NCBI GenBank assembly: GCA_965612795.1
Contig: CBFDTI010000001.1
Coordinates: forward strand, 5,116 to 69,115
Direction: 5' to 3'
Origin: an uncultured bacterium
GTDB taxonomy: Bacteria; Hydrothermota; UBA3073; NMUJ01
DNA: 64,000 nucleotides
In this document: piece after piece, positions 38,008 through 47,754 of the stretch
Numbering within the stretch: the first letter of the stretch is position 1
Layout: each line of letters starts with the position of its first letter
Made by a program: the position numbers and the translations under genes
The notes under the pieces: model-generated
Database searches by the model: none
What the model was told of the DNA's origin: nothing
What the model saw: the letters and a program-made list of their open reading frames with translations, nothing else

Positions 38008-38857
38008 CTCCCACTTTCACGGTAATATTATCAATAAGCCTTGCCTTACCGAGATATGCAGCAATAGCTATAAGAGCTTCACCCTTTTCCAACCTCTCTA
38101 TCGGGTTGAGTTCCTCTTTATCCACGATCTCGATATATTCCACCCTTATGCGATCGTACTTAGATAGGAACTCGTGCATAGCGGCTATAATTTTACTTGC
38201 ATCACGTTCACCCTGTTCCACAAGGTTTTTGGCCAACAATAGCGATTGATAAATAGCAGGTGCTACCTTACGTTCTTCCTCAGTAAGATATTCGTTTCTT
38301 GAGCTCATCGCCAGTCCATCTGGTTCACGTACGGTGGGCCCCACGATTATTTTGACGGGAAAGTTAAGGTCACGCACCATCCGTTTTATTATTATTGCCT
38401 GTTGTGCATCTTTCTCACCAAATACTGCAATATCTGGCATAACGATATTGAAGAGCTTCGCCACCACCGTAGTGACACCACGAAAATGTCCTGGCCTGTA
38501 TCTACCACATAGCTTATCGGAGAGCCCCTTCACCTCGACATATGTGGTAAACCCCTTAGGATACAGGTCATCAACCGATGGGTAAAACATTATATCTACC
38601 CCCATCTTCTCAAGTATCTCTTTGTCACGCTCAATATCCCTGGGATATCTATCGTAATCTTCACTCGGTCCAAACTGAATGGGGTTGACAAATATACTCA
38701 CAACCACAATATCAGCATGCTTGCGTGCTATATTTATAAGAGAAGTATGTCCCTCATGCAGATACCCCATAGTGGGTACGAACCCCACTGTCTTACCCCG
38801 TCTTTTATATTCAAGCGATAGTCGCTGCATATCTTTTGACCGTGTCACGATCCTCAT
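37994..38857 (-). CDS. panC: Pantoate--beta-alanine ligase
   Basis: PTMGYLHEGHTSLI (PTMGxLHxGH) and downstream PanC motifs. Confidence 0.9.
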   Translation of the reverse strand: MRIVTRSKDMQRLSLEYKRRGKTVGFVPTMGYLHEGHTSLINIARKHADIVVVSIFVNPIQFGPSEDYDRYPRDIERDKEILEKMGVDIMFYPSVDDLYPKGFTTYVEVKGLSDKLCGRYRPGHFRGVTTVVAKLFNIVMPDIAVFGEKDAQQAIIIKRMVRDLNFPVKIIVGPTVREPDGLAMSSRNEYLTEEERKVAPAIYQSLLLAKNLVEQGERDASKIIAAMHEFLSKYDRIRVEYIEIVDKEELNPIERLEKGEALIAIAAYLGKARLIDNITVKVGGDNG

Positions 38858-39308
38858 CGCTGAGCTCCTTCACTAACTCATACACTGTTTTCTTAAGAAC
38901 GGGATGCACCAAATTAGGTGCTATATCAGCCAGCGGTATCAACACAAACGGCCGTACATGTAAATATGGGTGTGGTATCTTAAGTTCAGGTGTATCGAGT
39001 ATCAATTCATCGTAAAATAAGATGTCAATATCTATCTCACGTGGCCCCCAACGTGGTGACGGTTGACGTCCTACCCGTTGTTCTATCGCTTTTATCTCAC
39101 GAAGAAGTAACAATGGTGCAAGCTCCGTCACCATCCTTATCACAGCGTTTAAAAATCGTGGCTGTACCATCTGACCCCATGCTTCTGTCTCATAAACTGG
39201 CGATATTGTGATTAGTTTTCCTACTTTGTGAAGCTCACCTATTGCACGTTTAAGATAGATTAACCTTTCCCCTTTGTTCGATCCTAACCCCAGATATACT
39301 TCATTCAC
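38811..39308 (-). CDS. folK: 2-amino-4-hydroxy-6-hydroxymethyldihydropteridine pyrophosphokinase (HPPK)
   Basis: VYLGLGSNKG...PRxIDIDIL HPPK motifs. Confidence 0.9.
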   Translation of the reverse strand: MNEVYLGLGSNKGERLIYLKRAIGELHKVGKLITISPVYETEAWGQMVQPRFLNAVIRMVTELAPLLLLREIKAIEQRVGRQPSPRWGPREIDIDILFYDELILDTPELKIPHPYLHVRPFVLIPLADIAPNLVHPVLKKTVYELVKELSDEDRDTVKRYAATIA

Positions 39309-40323
39309 TACCCAATTCTTTAGCTTTGTTCATATCCTGGATAGATGCATCCTTATTACCTAACTTCCAATGTATACCCGATCGTATAGTATAATACTCT
39401 GCTTTGTTGGGGTTTATCTCGATTGCTTTCGAAATCGCATCGAGCGCCTTCTCGTAATTCTCCGCCTGTATACACATCACTGCCAGCAGATACCAAGCCT
39501 CTTCATCGTCGGGGTTAAGCTCTGTAGCTTTCGCAAACTCTTCTATAGCCTTATCGTATTGTTTAAGCTGTGCGTAAAGGTTACCCAAGTTGTAATAGGT
39601 ATCGCTATTGTTAGGGTTAAGCCTGAGCGACTCCTCAAAATACACTATGGCACTATCAGCATACTCTTTATCTTGTGTATCATTGTATTTATTTGCATAG
39701 ATAACACCCATGAAGTAATGTGCATCCCCACTGGTGTCGATTGCTATCCACTTCCTAAGTATAGAGAGAGCTTCGTCCCATTTCTTCTCTTTTGTGTAGC
39801 GATTAACCAGTATTTCTGCAGACTTCGATATCCATTCCGCTCGTGGGGAGTGTTCAATTATCCCTATGAGAGTGGATTCAGCAAGCGCCTCTTCACCACC
39901 CTGCAGGTATGCTTGTGCTAGGTAAAAATGTGCTGAGAACGAGTCAGGTTCTAACTCTATAGCGCGTTTAAACCGCTCTATCGCCTTATCCCACTCCTTT
40001 TCGTTGAAACACAGAGCACCAGCGTTGAAATACACACCCCAATAGAAGCCAATATCTTTCTCCATATCCTTAAATGCATATGCTGAATCGAGCTCTATAG
40101 CGTGCTCCCATGCATCACTTGCATTCAGATAGTCTTTCTTCATAGCATACGCACGACCCAACCACATGTAAGCGTCAGCGTTCGGGTTCTCGCTAATCTC
40201 AAGTTGAAACTGTTCGATCGCCTTATCCCAGTTCTGTTGTTGCATGTAAACCTTACCACCGGTCATATGTTCAGATGCACACCCTACAACCAACAGGCCA
40301 ACAAGAATAAGCCAGTGCTTCAT
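39301..40323 (-). CDS. TPR-repeat lipoprotein
   Basis: Lipobox LLVVGCAS followed by multiple 34-aa TPR repeats (W-LG-Y...A...F...A...P). Confidence 0.7.
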   Translation of the reverse strand: MKHWLILVGLLVVGCASEHMTGGKVYMQQQNWDKAIEQFQLEISENPNADAYMWLGRAYAMKKDYLNASDAWEHAIELDSAYAFKDMEKDIGFYWGVYFNAGALCFNEKEWDKAIERFKRAIELEPDSFSAHFYLAQAYLQGGEEALAESTLIGIIEHSPRAEWISKSAEILVNRYTKEKKWDEALSILRKWIAIDTSGDAHYFMGVIYANKYNDTQDKEYADSAIVYFEESLRLNPNNSDTYYNLGNLYAQLKQYDKAIEEFAKATELNPDDEEAWYLLAVMCIQAENYEKALDAISKAIEINPNKAEYYTIRSGIHWKLGNKDASIQDMNKAKELGSE

Positions 40324-40646
40324 TCTACCCCCTTCTGGATTTAAAATACTTGTAAATCTTAGGTGTCAACATATCTCACAATGTATGGGACCGAATTCAT
40401 CTGGTACATAGCTTCAATCCATAGCTTGATGGTTACCATTTTCACATAGTTTTAGTACATGAAAGGTCAGATGCCCAGGATTTTACAAGTAATACTTTTA
40501 GAGATATATGTTACTGTTGTGGTAAACTTATTGGTAGTGACAATTTCTGAGGTATTGTGTGTACATTCCCAAAATCTATCCCTGCAGCCGTAACAGCTGC
40601 TGTAGCTGCCGCATTTGCCGTCTCAAAGAAAATACGGTAACCACGG

Positions 40647-42020
40647 TTAAGCTCCACACTTTCTGCAAACAAGTTGTATCATTATCACGAGCAATGACAC
40701 CATAACCCCAGGTATGAACCCATGTATCCCATATGGATTTCTTAGTATAAGCCATACCAATGAGGTGACAAACCCACCCAACATCGAATATATCACACGT
40801 ATACGGTAGGGTTCCCTCATATATATACCAAAAATTAATGGAAACAATGTGATAGATGCAACTACTGCCCACGCGAATGCACACAGTGTAAGCACAAGAG
40901 CGGGCGGCTTAAGCGCGATACCTAATGAGATTAACCCTATTACTATACTCCATAACCTACCATATAGGACACCCATTTCTTTGTAACGTACAAGATCCTT
41001 TACGATGCTGCTGGATAGTATTATCAAGATCGCAGAGAAAGTTGACATCCCTGCAGCTATAACACCCACAAGAAATATGGCCTCACCAAGCGGGTTAAGG
41101 ACCAGTTTAACCAAACTTGGAATCGCCAAATCCGGTGACTTTAAGTGTGGAAACAATATACGAGCTATCGCACCGTTAAAATATGGAAGCACTGCCATAC
41201 TGCAGCCCAAAGTTGCTAATATAGCACCTACACGTATGAGTTCCTTGCGTTTGATTGAATAAAATCGTACGATAAGTTGTGGCATACCCCACACACCGAG
41301 ACTCACCACTAATGCGAACGAAAACAACCCCTTAGCCCCCCATATCCCAGGGGTAGTAACTAATCCCTCATTTATAAGGCGCAACTTCTCATGTACAATG
41401 GTGAACCCACCTGTATATCGTAGTGCCATCCCCGTAATCATAACGAGTGCCACCATCATTATAATAGCTTGTACGAAGCCAGTCCATACCACCGCAAAGT
41501 AACCACCTAGTACCACATAAATAAGGATTATCAAACCCGATAATACTACACCCACCCAGTACGGCATATCCATAAGCACTTCAAATGAATGTCCCATACC
41601 TTTGAGGATGCTCACGTTGTAGACTATCATAAACAGCACGATGACAATAGCGGAGAATATCTTTGCCACCTCACTGTTGTATAATTTACCGAGGAAATCC
41701 GGCAGCGTAATACTATTGTAACGATGTGTCAACTCACGTATACGTTCACCAAGCAATATCCAACATAACGTGCCACCAAACAGCACGTTGAATGCACCTA
41801 TCCATATGGTGGCCATCCCGTATTTATAGCCATAACCCGCACCTCCCACAATTACGACTGATGAAAAATAAGCTGCTACATATGAGAGTGCAGTCACCCA
41901 CACCCCTATACGACGACCACCAAGATAATAATCTTCGTCACCCTTTGTACGTTTCTGCCATAATAATCCGATTACCAATAACAATCCAAGGTATAAGCAA
42001 AGCACAACCACATATATCAT
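40647..42020 (-). CDS. Sodium:solute symporter family transporter (PutP/PanF-like)
   Basis: SSF N-terminal pattern ...DYYLGGRRIGVWVTALSYVAAYFSSVVIVGGAGYGY...; located near panC so a pantothenate symporter role is conceivable but unproven. Confidence 0.8.
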   Translation of the reverse strand: MIYVVVLCLYLGLLLVIGLLWQKRTKGDEDYYLGGRRIGVWVTALSYVAAYFSSVVIVGGAGYGYKYGMATIWIGAFNVLFGGTLCWILLGERIRELTHRYNSITLPDFLGKLYNSEVAKIFSAIVIVLFMIVYNVSILKGMGHSFEVLMDMPYWVGVVLSGLIILIYVVLGGYFAVVWTGFVQAIIMMVALVMITGMALRYTGGFTIVHEKLRLINEGLVTTPGIWGAKGLFSFALVVSLGVWGMPQLIVRFYSIKRKELIRVGAILATLGCSMAVLPYFNGAIARILFPHLKSPDLAIPSLVKLVLNPLGEAIFLVGVIAAGMSTFSAILIILSSSIVKDLVRYKEMGVLYGRLWSIVIGLISLGIALKPPALVLTLCAFAWAVVASITLFPLIFGIYMREPYRIRVIYSMLGGFVTSLVWLILRNPYGIHGFIPGVMVSLLVIMIQLVCRKCGA

Positions 42021-42186
42021 CGATGGCGTATGTACCAGATTACACTATATATAATACATGCCAGGATCAAAACATACGCACCAAATGTAGATGGTGGGCA
42101 GCCCATCGTAACTAAGATGAAGTCCTATCATAGAAGGTCAACTCCTCAAGGCTTGTCTAACATTGAAAATGCTGTATATTATTAGA

Positions 42187-42532
42187 TGACCGGGTGGATC
42201 GGGTGGTCGCCCCGATGTTGGGGAGGAAAGTCCGGGCACCACAGGGCAGGGTACCCCGCGATAAGCGGGGGCTCTAGGAGCGATATCTCCTAGAGACGGA
42301 AAGTGCCACAGAAAACAGACCGCCAGCGGTCCCGTTCTATGGGATGCGGGCAAGGGTGAAAAGGTGGGGTAAGAGCCCACCGCTCTGGTGGCGACACCAG
42401 AGGCACGGCAAACCCTACCCGGTGCAAGGCCAAATAGGGGGAGAGGTGGCCCGCCTCGTCATCACCCCGGGTAGGCCGCTAAGATAGATGACCACCCTCG
42501 ACAGAACCCGGCTTACAGATCCACCCGGTCAT
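42187..42532 (+). ncRNA. rnpB: RNase P RNA, bacterial type A
   Basis: P1 pairing GACCGGGTGGATC (42188-42200) with GATCCACCCGGTC (42518-42530); universally conserved GGAGGAAAGTCCGGGC (P4 5' strand) and ACAGAACCCGGCTTA (P4 3' strand). Confidence 0.85.
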
Positions 42533-43611
42533 AACTTGTAGTATGGAGGATATACCAGTATATAATCACCGAACCCGTGTTCGTCCACAAATATGAACAC
42601 CATGTTACGTGAATAGTAATACCATATCTCATAGGGCTTATATTCGAGTTCGAATGGATGTGATTCCACCTCATCCGGTGGCCCCAATAGTATATAAACC
42701 CTACCTCTATCGGTACGCCATCCTTCCTGAGTTTCACGAAAATGTGTATTCGCATACTCTACACGTTCCAGGTATGTCTCCTTATATTCATTATGTGGGG
42801 TACCGGGAGTAGGGTCACGTTTTTCCCAGAACTTCTTCCATAACTGTTCACGCTCGGAGCGAGTTTTGGCCTTCCTGAACGCATCCATTTCGTCGCCTGT
42901 CGCTATGTAAGATAATACCTCGTAGTTATCGATGTACTTCCAATCAAGATATGGGCCAAACAGTAACGTATCTTCATAGACTTTATCACCAAGCCTTAAC
43001 TGATATATACCCTGCTTTTCGTCAGCTCTCACATATAACGTGCATGGGTAAGTGATTCTATCTCCACTCAAAATTATGCTGTCAGTTCTATCCCCTATTT
43101 TGTAATAAACTGTGAAAGGCGCTTTCTTCTCACGAAAATCATATACATTGAAAATCAAGTATCCCAAAAGCACACTATCTTCTGTTGCTATAAAAATAGG
43201 CGATGAGAACGTTAACACATTTTCTGGTTTATCTGGTATCCTGATAGTCTCTCGCTGCCTGGACACAGTTTGTGTCTGTAGATCACGTAGCTCCACTTCC
43301 AACGTATATTCGCCGGGTTCAAACGGCCCCATTTTCAGCTCACTTGTAAGCTCATAATACGACACGGTGGTTTCATATTCTGGGAACACTTTACGGTCTA
43401 TATGGATGTCGCCGATCTCAATTTCACCATGCCTCATGTATGCCGAGATTGCAAAATTGGTCACAAACTCCGTATCTTGACGTATGAAAGTGAGCTCGTT
43501 TGCCGGTATCGAAACATATACAAGCAGATATGGGCGCCCATCTTCCCATATAAGGGTTTTTTGGTAACTAAACCCTACCATAAAAAGGAGTAATAAACAC
43601 CACATACTCAC
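42529..43611 (-). CDS. GWxTD-domain secreted protein
   Basis: Signal peptide; C-terminal GWRTDRGRVYILLGPPDEVE matches GWxTD motif. Confidence 0.55.
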   Translation of the reverse strand: MSMWCLLLLFMVGFSYQKTLIWEDGRPYLLVYVSIPANELTFIRQDTEFVTNFAISAYMRHGEIEIGDIHIDRKVFPEYETTVSYYELTSELKMGPFEPGEYTLEVELRDLQTQTVSRQRETIRIPDKPENVLTFSSPIFIATEDSVLLGYLIFNVYDFREKKAPFTVYYKIGDRTDSIILSGDRITYPCTLYVRADEKQGIYQLRLGDKVYEDTLLFGPYLDWKYIDNYEVLSYIATGDEMDAFRKAKTRSEREQLWKKFWEKRDPTPGTPHNEYKETYLERVEYANTHFRETQEGWRTDRGRVYILLGPPDEVESHPFELEYKPYEIWYYYSRNMVFIFVDEHGFGDYILVYPPYYKL

Positions 43612-43645
43612 TTATAAGTTACTGGACAAATCCATTTATGCAATA

Positions 43646-43804
43646 TCATTCGTGTGTCCCGAACATCTGTAAGAATTTCACAATAACATTGATATTACGC
43701 CAGAGAAATATCAATCCTATAAGCAGAAATATTAGCACGATTATAGGAGTCCATGCAGGTCTTATCCTCCTATACTGCACAAATTTATAGTTAGGCCATT
43801 TCAT
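43646..43804 (-). CDS. Possible 52-aa single-TM micro-protein downstream of trmI
   Basis: ATG 43804 ... MKWPNYKFVQYRRIRPAWTPIIVLIFLLIGLIFLWRNINVIVKFLQMFGTHE; overlaps trmI stop by 14 nt; no supporting motif. Confidence 0.15.
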   Translation of the reverse strand: MKWPNYKFVQYRRIRPAWTPIIVLIFLLIGLIFLWRNINVIVKFLQMFGTHE

Positions 43805-44564
43805 TCACAATTTTATTCCCAAATGTAATATAACCCGTATGACATATCATAAACTCCCTTGGCCGTGTTTTACCCTCACGCACCAATATCTCACGTTCTA
43901 TAACCTCCACTGTACGTAACCGCACAAAGTAACTCTTCAACGCCTCATATGTTTTCTGTACCTGTTCAATGTTAGGTGAAAGTGATACCCAAAATCCACC
44001 GGGTTCTAGCACCTCATACACTGGACGGACGAATTCCCATGGTTCAGGTACATCCACAAAAGCCACCTCCACTGCAGGGATATTGAACCCTTCCTTTGTA
44101 GGGTCACACAGTAAGAATTCCACTCTATCTGCTAAGCTTGCCCTCCTCACATTGTTTATTGCATTATCCAGAAACTCCTTACGACGCTCAAATGAGTATA
44201 CTTTACCTGTTGTCCCCACGATAGTGGCAAGCACTATGGTGAATGCACCCGATCCTGTACCCACTTCGAGAACACGGCTACCACATCCTATAGACGTATA
44301 TAACAACATAAGGCCAGCATCTTTTGGATATATGATAGTTGTCAATCTACGTACCTTAAGCATTAGATCGCCGGTGGCTGGCTTTATCACATAAAATGTC
44401 GTCCCAGATGAGGAAACAATCTTCTCACCCCATTTCAAATCCTCAGGTAGGATAATCTCCCCCTTATGTGTGGAAAATTTAACCCCTGGTTTATAAACAA
44501 GTAGAAACTGTGCCTTCGGTCCACTATACAATAGAATTTGGTCACCTTCGTGCACTGATTGCAT
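43791..44564 (-). CDS. trmI: tRNA (adenine-N1)-methyltransferase TrmI
   Basis: N-terminal beta-barrel-like domain plus SAM motif I VLEVGTGSGAFT. Confidence 0.75.
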   Translation of the reverse strand: MQSVHEGDQILLYSGPKAQFLLVYKPGVKFSTHKGEIILPEDLKWGEKIVSSSGTTFYVIKPATGDLMLKVRRLTTIIYPKDAGLMLLYTSIGCGSRVLEVGTGSGAFTIVLATIVGTTGKVYSFERRKEFLDNAINNVRRASLADRVEFLLCDPTKEGFNIPAVEVAFVDVPEPWEFVRPVYEVLEPGGFWVSLSPNIEQVQKTYEALKSYFVRLRTVEVIEREILVREGKTRPREFMICHTGYITFGNKIVNEMA

Positions 44565-45697
44565 TACTTGAAAAATTCAATAATCGTATCTATAACATAA
44601 TCAACCTCATCTTCCGATAAATACTGGAAAATAGGCAAAGATAGCACCTCCTTACTAGCTTTTTCAGAAACTGGCAGATCACCCTCCCTATAACCAAGGT
44701 ATGATAACGCCGGCTGTAAGTGACACGGTATGGGATAATGTATTGCAGTTTCTATCCCTCTCTCCTGGAGGAACTTCCGCAGATTATCACGTTCTGGCGT
44801 CCTTATAGTGTACTGGTGATAGATATGGGTTCTATCAGGCTTTTTAGTTGGTATTTCAACAACCCCCTGGAGCTTCATATTGTATTTGGCTGCAATAGCT
44901 CTTCGACGTTCGTTCCACTCTTCAAGACGTTTAAAATTCACGCTAAGTATAGCAGCCTGTATCGCATCGAGCCGCGAGTTATACCCCCAATCCGGATAGT
45001 AATACTTCCTTGTGGCCCCATGTATTCTATATGTCTTGACTTTCTCATAAAGTGCAGGATCATCTGTAAATATCATGCCTGCATCACCAAATGCAGGTAG
45101 ATTTTTTGTAGGGAAGAAGCTCACCCCTCCTAACAAGCCGAACGAGCCCACCTTTTTACCTTTGTATTCAGCACCTAATGCTTGTGCAAGATCCTCTACC
45201 ACGGGTATCTCATACTTTGTAGCAATATCCATGATTTCATCCATATCCGCACTCTGGCCATAAAGATGTACAGGCATGATCGCCTTTAACCGTGAACGTA
45301 CAGATGGCGGCAGATGTTTAATCACAATAGCAAGGTGTGCGGGATCCATATTGTAGGTTTGGGGTTCGATATCCACAAAGATAGGTGTAGCACCCAACCG
45401 TATTATAACCTCAGGTGTTGCAAAAAACGTAAATGTAGTAGTTATGACGAAATCACCCTGTCCCACACCTATCGCACGTAGTGCCAGCAGTAATGCATCT
45501 GTGCCACTCGCTACTCCCAACGCATATGAGGTACCTACATAATGTGCTAATGTTTGTTCAAGCTGTGCTACAACATCACCCAGAATAAACCTACCGGTAT
45601 TAAGTACTGAGCCGATTGCTGCATCTATATCGGGTTTCAAGTCTTCATACAATCGTCGAAGATTAATCAACGGTACATGCATCTCATATCTCTTCAT
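44564..45697 (-). CDS. DegT/DnrJ/EryC1/StrS-family PLP-dependent sugar aminotransferase
   Basis: GTDAL...GDEVI-type motifs (ALGVASGTDALLLALRAIG) and PLP-lysine region. Confidence 0.85.
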   Translation of the reverse strand: MKRYEMHVPLINLRRLYEDLKPDIDAAIGSVLNTGRFILGDVVAQLEQTLAHYVGTSYALGVASGTDALLLALRAIGVGQGDFVITTTFTFFATPEVIIRLGATPIFVDIEPQTYNMDPAHLAIVIKHLPPSVRSRLKAIMPVHLYGQSADMDEIMDIATKYEIPVVEDLAQALGAEYKGKKVGSFGLLGGVSFFPTKNLPAFGDAGMIFTDDPALYEKVKTYRIHGATRKYYYPDWGYNSRLDAIQAAILSVNFKRLEEWNERRRAIAAKYNMKLQGVVEIPTKKPDRTHIYHQYTIRTPERDNLRKFLQERGIETAIHYPIPCHLQPALSYLGYREGDLPVSEKASKEVLSLPIFQYLSEDEVDYVIDTIIEFFK

Positions 45698-46254
45698 TTT
45701 ACGCGTTCAATATATTCGCCAGTACGTGTATCAACTTTGATGATATCGCCTTCCTCGATAAATAGTGGTACCGTAATGGTGAGTCCCGTCTCCAGTTTAG
45801 CAGGTTTACTACCGCCGGTCGCAGTATCACCACGTACACCAGGGGGTGTCTCAACTACTTTAAGTTCGACAAAATTTGGCAATTTCACACCTACAGGTTC
45901 GCCATCTGCATAAACTATATTCACGTTCATGTTCTCTGTAAGGTAATTACGTGCTTCACCCACAACTTCAACAGATAGCGGAAGCTGATCGTATGTTTCC
46001 ATATCCATGAAATAGAACGTATCGCCTTCACGATATATGTACTGAAAGTTCTTTTCCTCCAGATGTACGATGTCTATCTTATCGCCCGCTTTGAAGGTAC
46101 GTTCCAGCACCACACCAGTTTTAAGGTTTTTGAGCCGTGTTCGCACAAAAGCACCACCTCTACCCATTTTCACATGTTGAAAATCCACAACTGTATAGAG
46201 GGCATCCTCCAACTTTATTGTTACACCTTTTCTTAGGTCGGATGTTGTGGCCAT
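45694..46254 (-). CDS. efp: Elongation factor P
   Basis: VKMGRGGAFVRTRLKNLKTG KOW-like motif, three-domain length. Confidence 0.9.
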   Translation of the reverse strand: MATTSDLRKGVTIKLEDALYTVVDFQHVKMGRGGAFVRTRLKNLKTGVVLERTFKAGDKIDIVHLEEKNFQYIYREGDTFYFMDMETYDQLPLSVEVVGEARNYLTENMNVNIVYADGEPVGVKLPNFVELKVVETPPGVRGDTATGGSKPAKLETGLTITVPLFIEEGDIIKVDTRTGEYIERVK

Positions 46255-46255
46255 A

Positions 46256-46993
46256 TCACCCCCTTGTTATACTAAAAGTCGCCAAATACTGTTTAATAAG
46301 TGGTATGTTGGAGGTTTTGAACTCCTCAATATCGCCCTCGAAGATTATCTTACCTTCCGCCAACATCGCTATTTTATCCGCTACGGTAAATGTACACTGT
46401 AGATCATGTGTCACAATTATTGCTGTAAGTCCAAGTGTTTTCTGTAGTTCCTTTATTAACTCGTTTATCTTTTGTGCAGTGAGTGGATCCAATCCCGTCG
46501 TAGGTTCATCAAATAGTAGATATTTGGGTTCCATTGCCAACGCACGTGCAATAGCTACACGTTTTTTCATACCACCCGAGAGCTCCGATGGCATAAGTTC
46601 TTCGCTACCCGCCATCTCAACGAGTGTGAGTTTATCACGTGCTATACGACGTAGATTCTCCTCCGGCAAATGGTCGTGCACCCTCAATGCAAGTGTAACA
46701 TTTTCCCATACAGGTGACGAGTCGAGTAACGCCGAGCCCTGAAACACCATAGCCATTTTCCTACGTATGTTCCAAAGCTGTTTGCTGGATGCTCTCGTTA
46801 TATCTATACCATCTATAAATATATTACCGCTGTCAGGTTTAAGTAACCCTATGATGTGTTTCAATAACACACTTTTGCCCACCCCCGAACGCCCCAATAT
46901 TACAGTGATCTTCTTCTCTGGAATTATGAGGTTTACACCCCTTAACACATGGTTATCACCAAAGGATTTATGTAAATCTTTAACCTCTATCAT
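46256..46993 (-). CDS. ABC transporter ATP-binding protein, MlaF-like
   Basis: Walker A GRSGVGKS, signature LSGGMKKRVAIARAL, Walker B LLFDEP. Confidence 0.8.
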   Translation of the reverse strand: MIEVKDLHKSFGDNHVLRGVNLIIPEKKITVILGRSGVGKSVLLKHIIGLLKPDSGNIFIDGIDITRASSKQLWNIRRKMAMVFQGSALLDSSPVWENVTLALRVHDHLPEENLRRIARDKLTLVEMAGSEELMPSELSGGMKKRVAIARALAMEPKYLLFDEPTTGLDPLTAQKINELIKELQKTLGLTAIIVTHDLQCTFTVADKIAMLAEGKIIFEGDIEEFKTSNIPLIKQYLATFSITRG

Positions 46994-47754
46994 AAGTAAT
47001 TAAACATCAGCACACCAACAACGTTGTCAAACAACAACACAAGTACTGAAGCAGCTACTACACTTTGAGTAGCACATTTACCTACACTTTCGGCACCTCC
47101 CATAGCTTTCATCCCATAGAAGGTACCAATAATACCTATTATTACACCGAATACTGCACTCTTGACAAGGCTACCCGCAAACTCTATCGGCAGAAAATTA
47201 AACCTTAATCCCTCTATGTAGTTGATCAATTTTATATGAAGTAAAGTAGCTGCACATACCCCACCACCTATCATAGCAGAGACCTCACCCACCATCGTCA
47301 ATATCGGGGTAGCAATCAACGTCGCCATTATCCTTGGCAATATTATGTAATGATAAGGATCTATAGCAAGTGTCTCAAGAGCATCTATCTGCTCGGTGAC
47401 CTTCATGCTACCTATCTCTGCTGCTAAAGCTGACGTCACCTTACCTGCGAGTAGCAACCCCGTTAATAATGGACCTAACATTATAAGGAACGCTTTTGCT
47501 ACTGCCATACCTATGTACACTTCAGGGAAATACCCCCTCCCCTGAAAGGCGGCTTGATACGCGGTGGCAAATCCACCAAAGAAGAGCGTTATCAATATGA
47601 TGGATAACGAACCTACACCAAGCTTCCAAACTTCACTGATAATAGATGGTATCACACTGAAAACCCTCGGTAAACGCTTGAGCACTTCCCATATAAATAG
47701 TGTAAGCTCCCCTACATAACTAAGTGCCTTCATATTGCCTCTCAAGTTCCACAA
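46990..47754 (-). CDS. ABC transporter permease, MlaE-like
   Basis: Five-TM permease with conserved ...ILPRIMATLIATPIL... segment. Confidence 0.75.
   Translation of the reverse strand: MWNLRGNMKALSYVGELTLFIWEVLKRLPRVFSVIPSIISEVWKLGVGSLSIILITLFFGGFATAYQAAFQGRGYFPEVYIGMAVAKAFLIMLGPLLTGLLLAGKVTSALAAEIGSMKVTEQIDALETLAIDPYHYIILPRIMATLIATPILTMVGEVSAMIGGGVCAATLLHIKLINYIEGLRFNFLPIEFAGSLVKSAVFGVIIGIIGTFYGMKAMGGAESVGKCATQSVVAASVLVLLFDNVVGVLMFNYL

Noticed and set aside
40576-40884. 102-aa minus-strand ORF overlapping the 3' end of the SSF transporter gene in another frame
   Set aside because: Checked as a possible frameshifted C-terminus of the transporter, but the sequence is not TM-like. The transporter ORF is already of plausible length.
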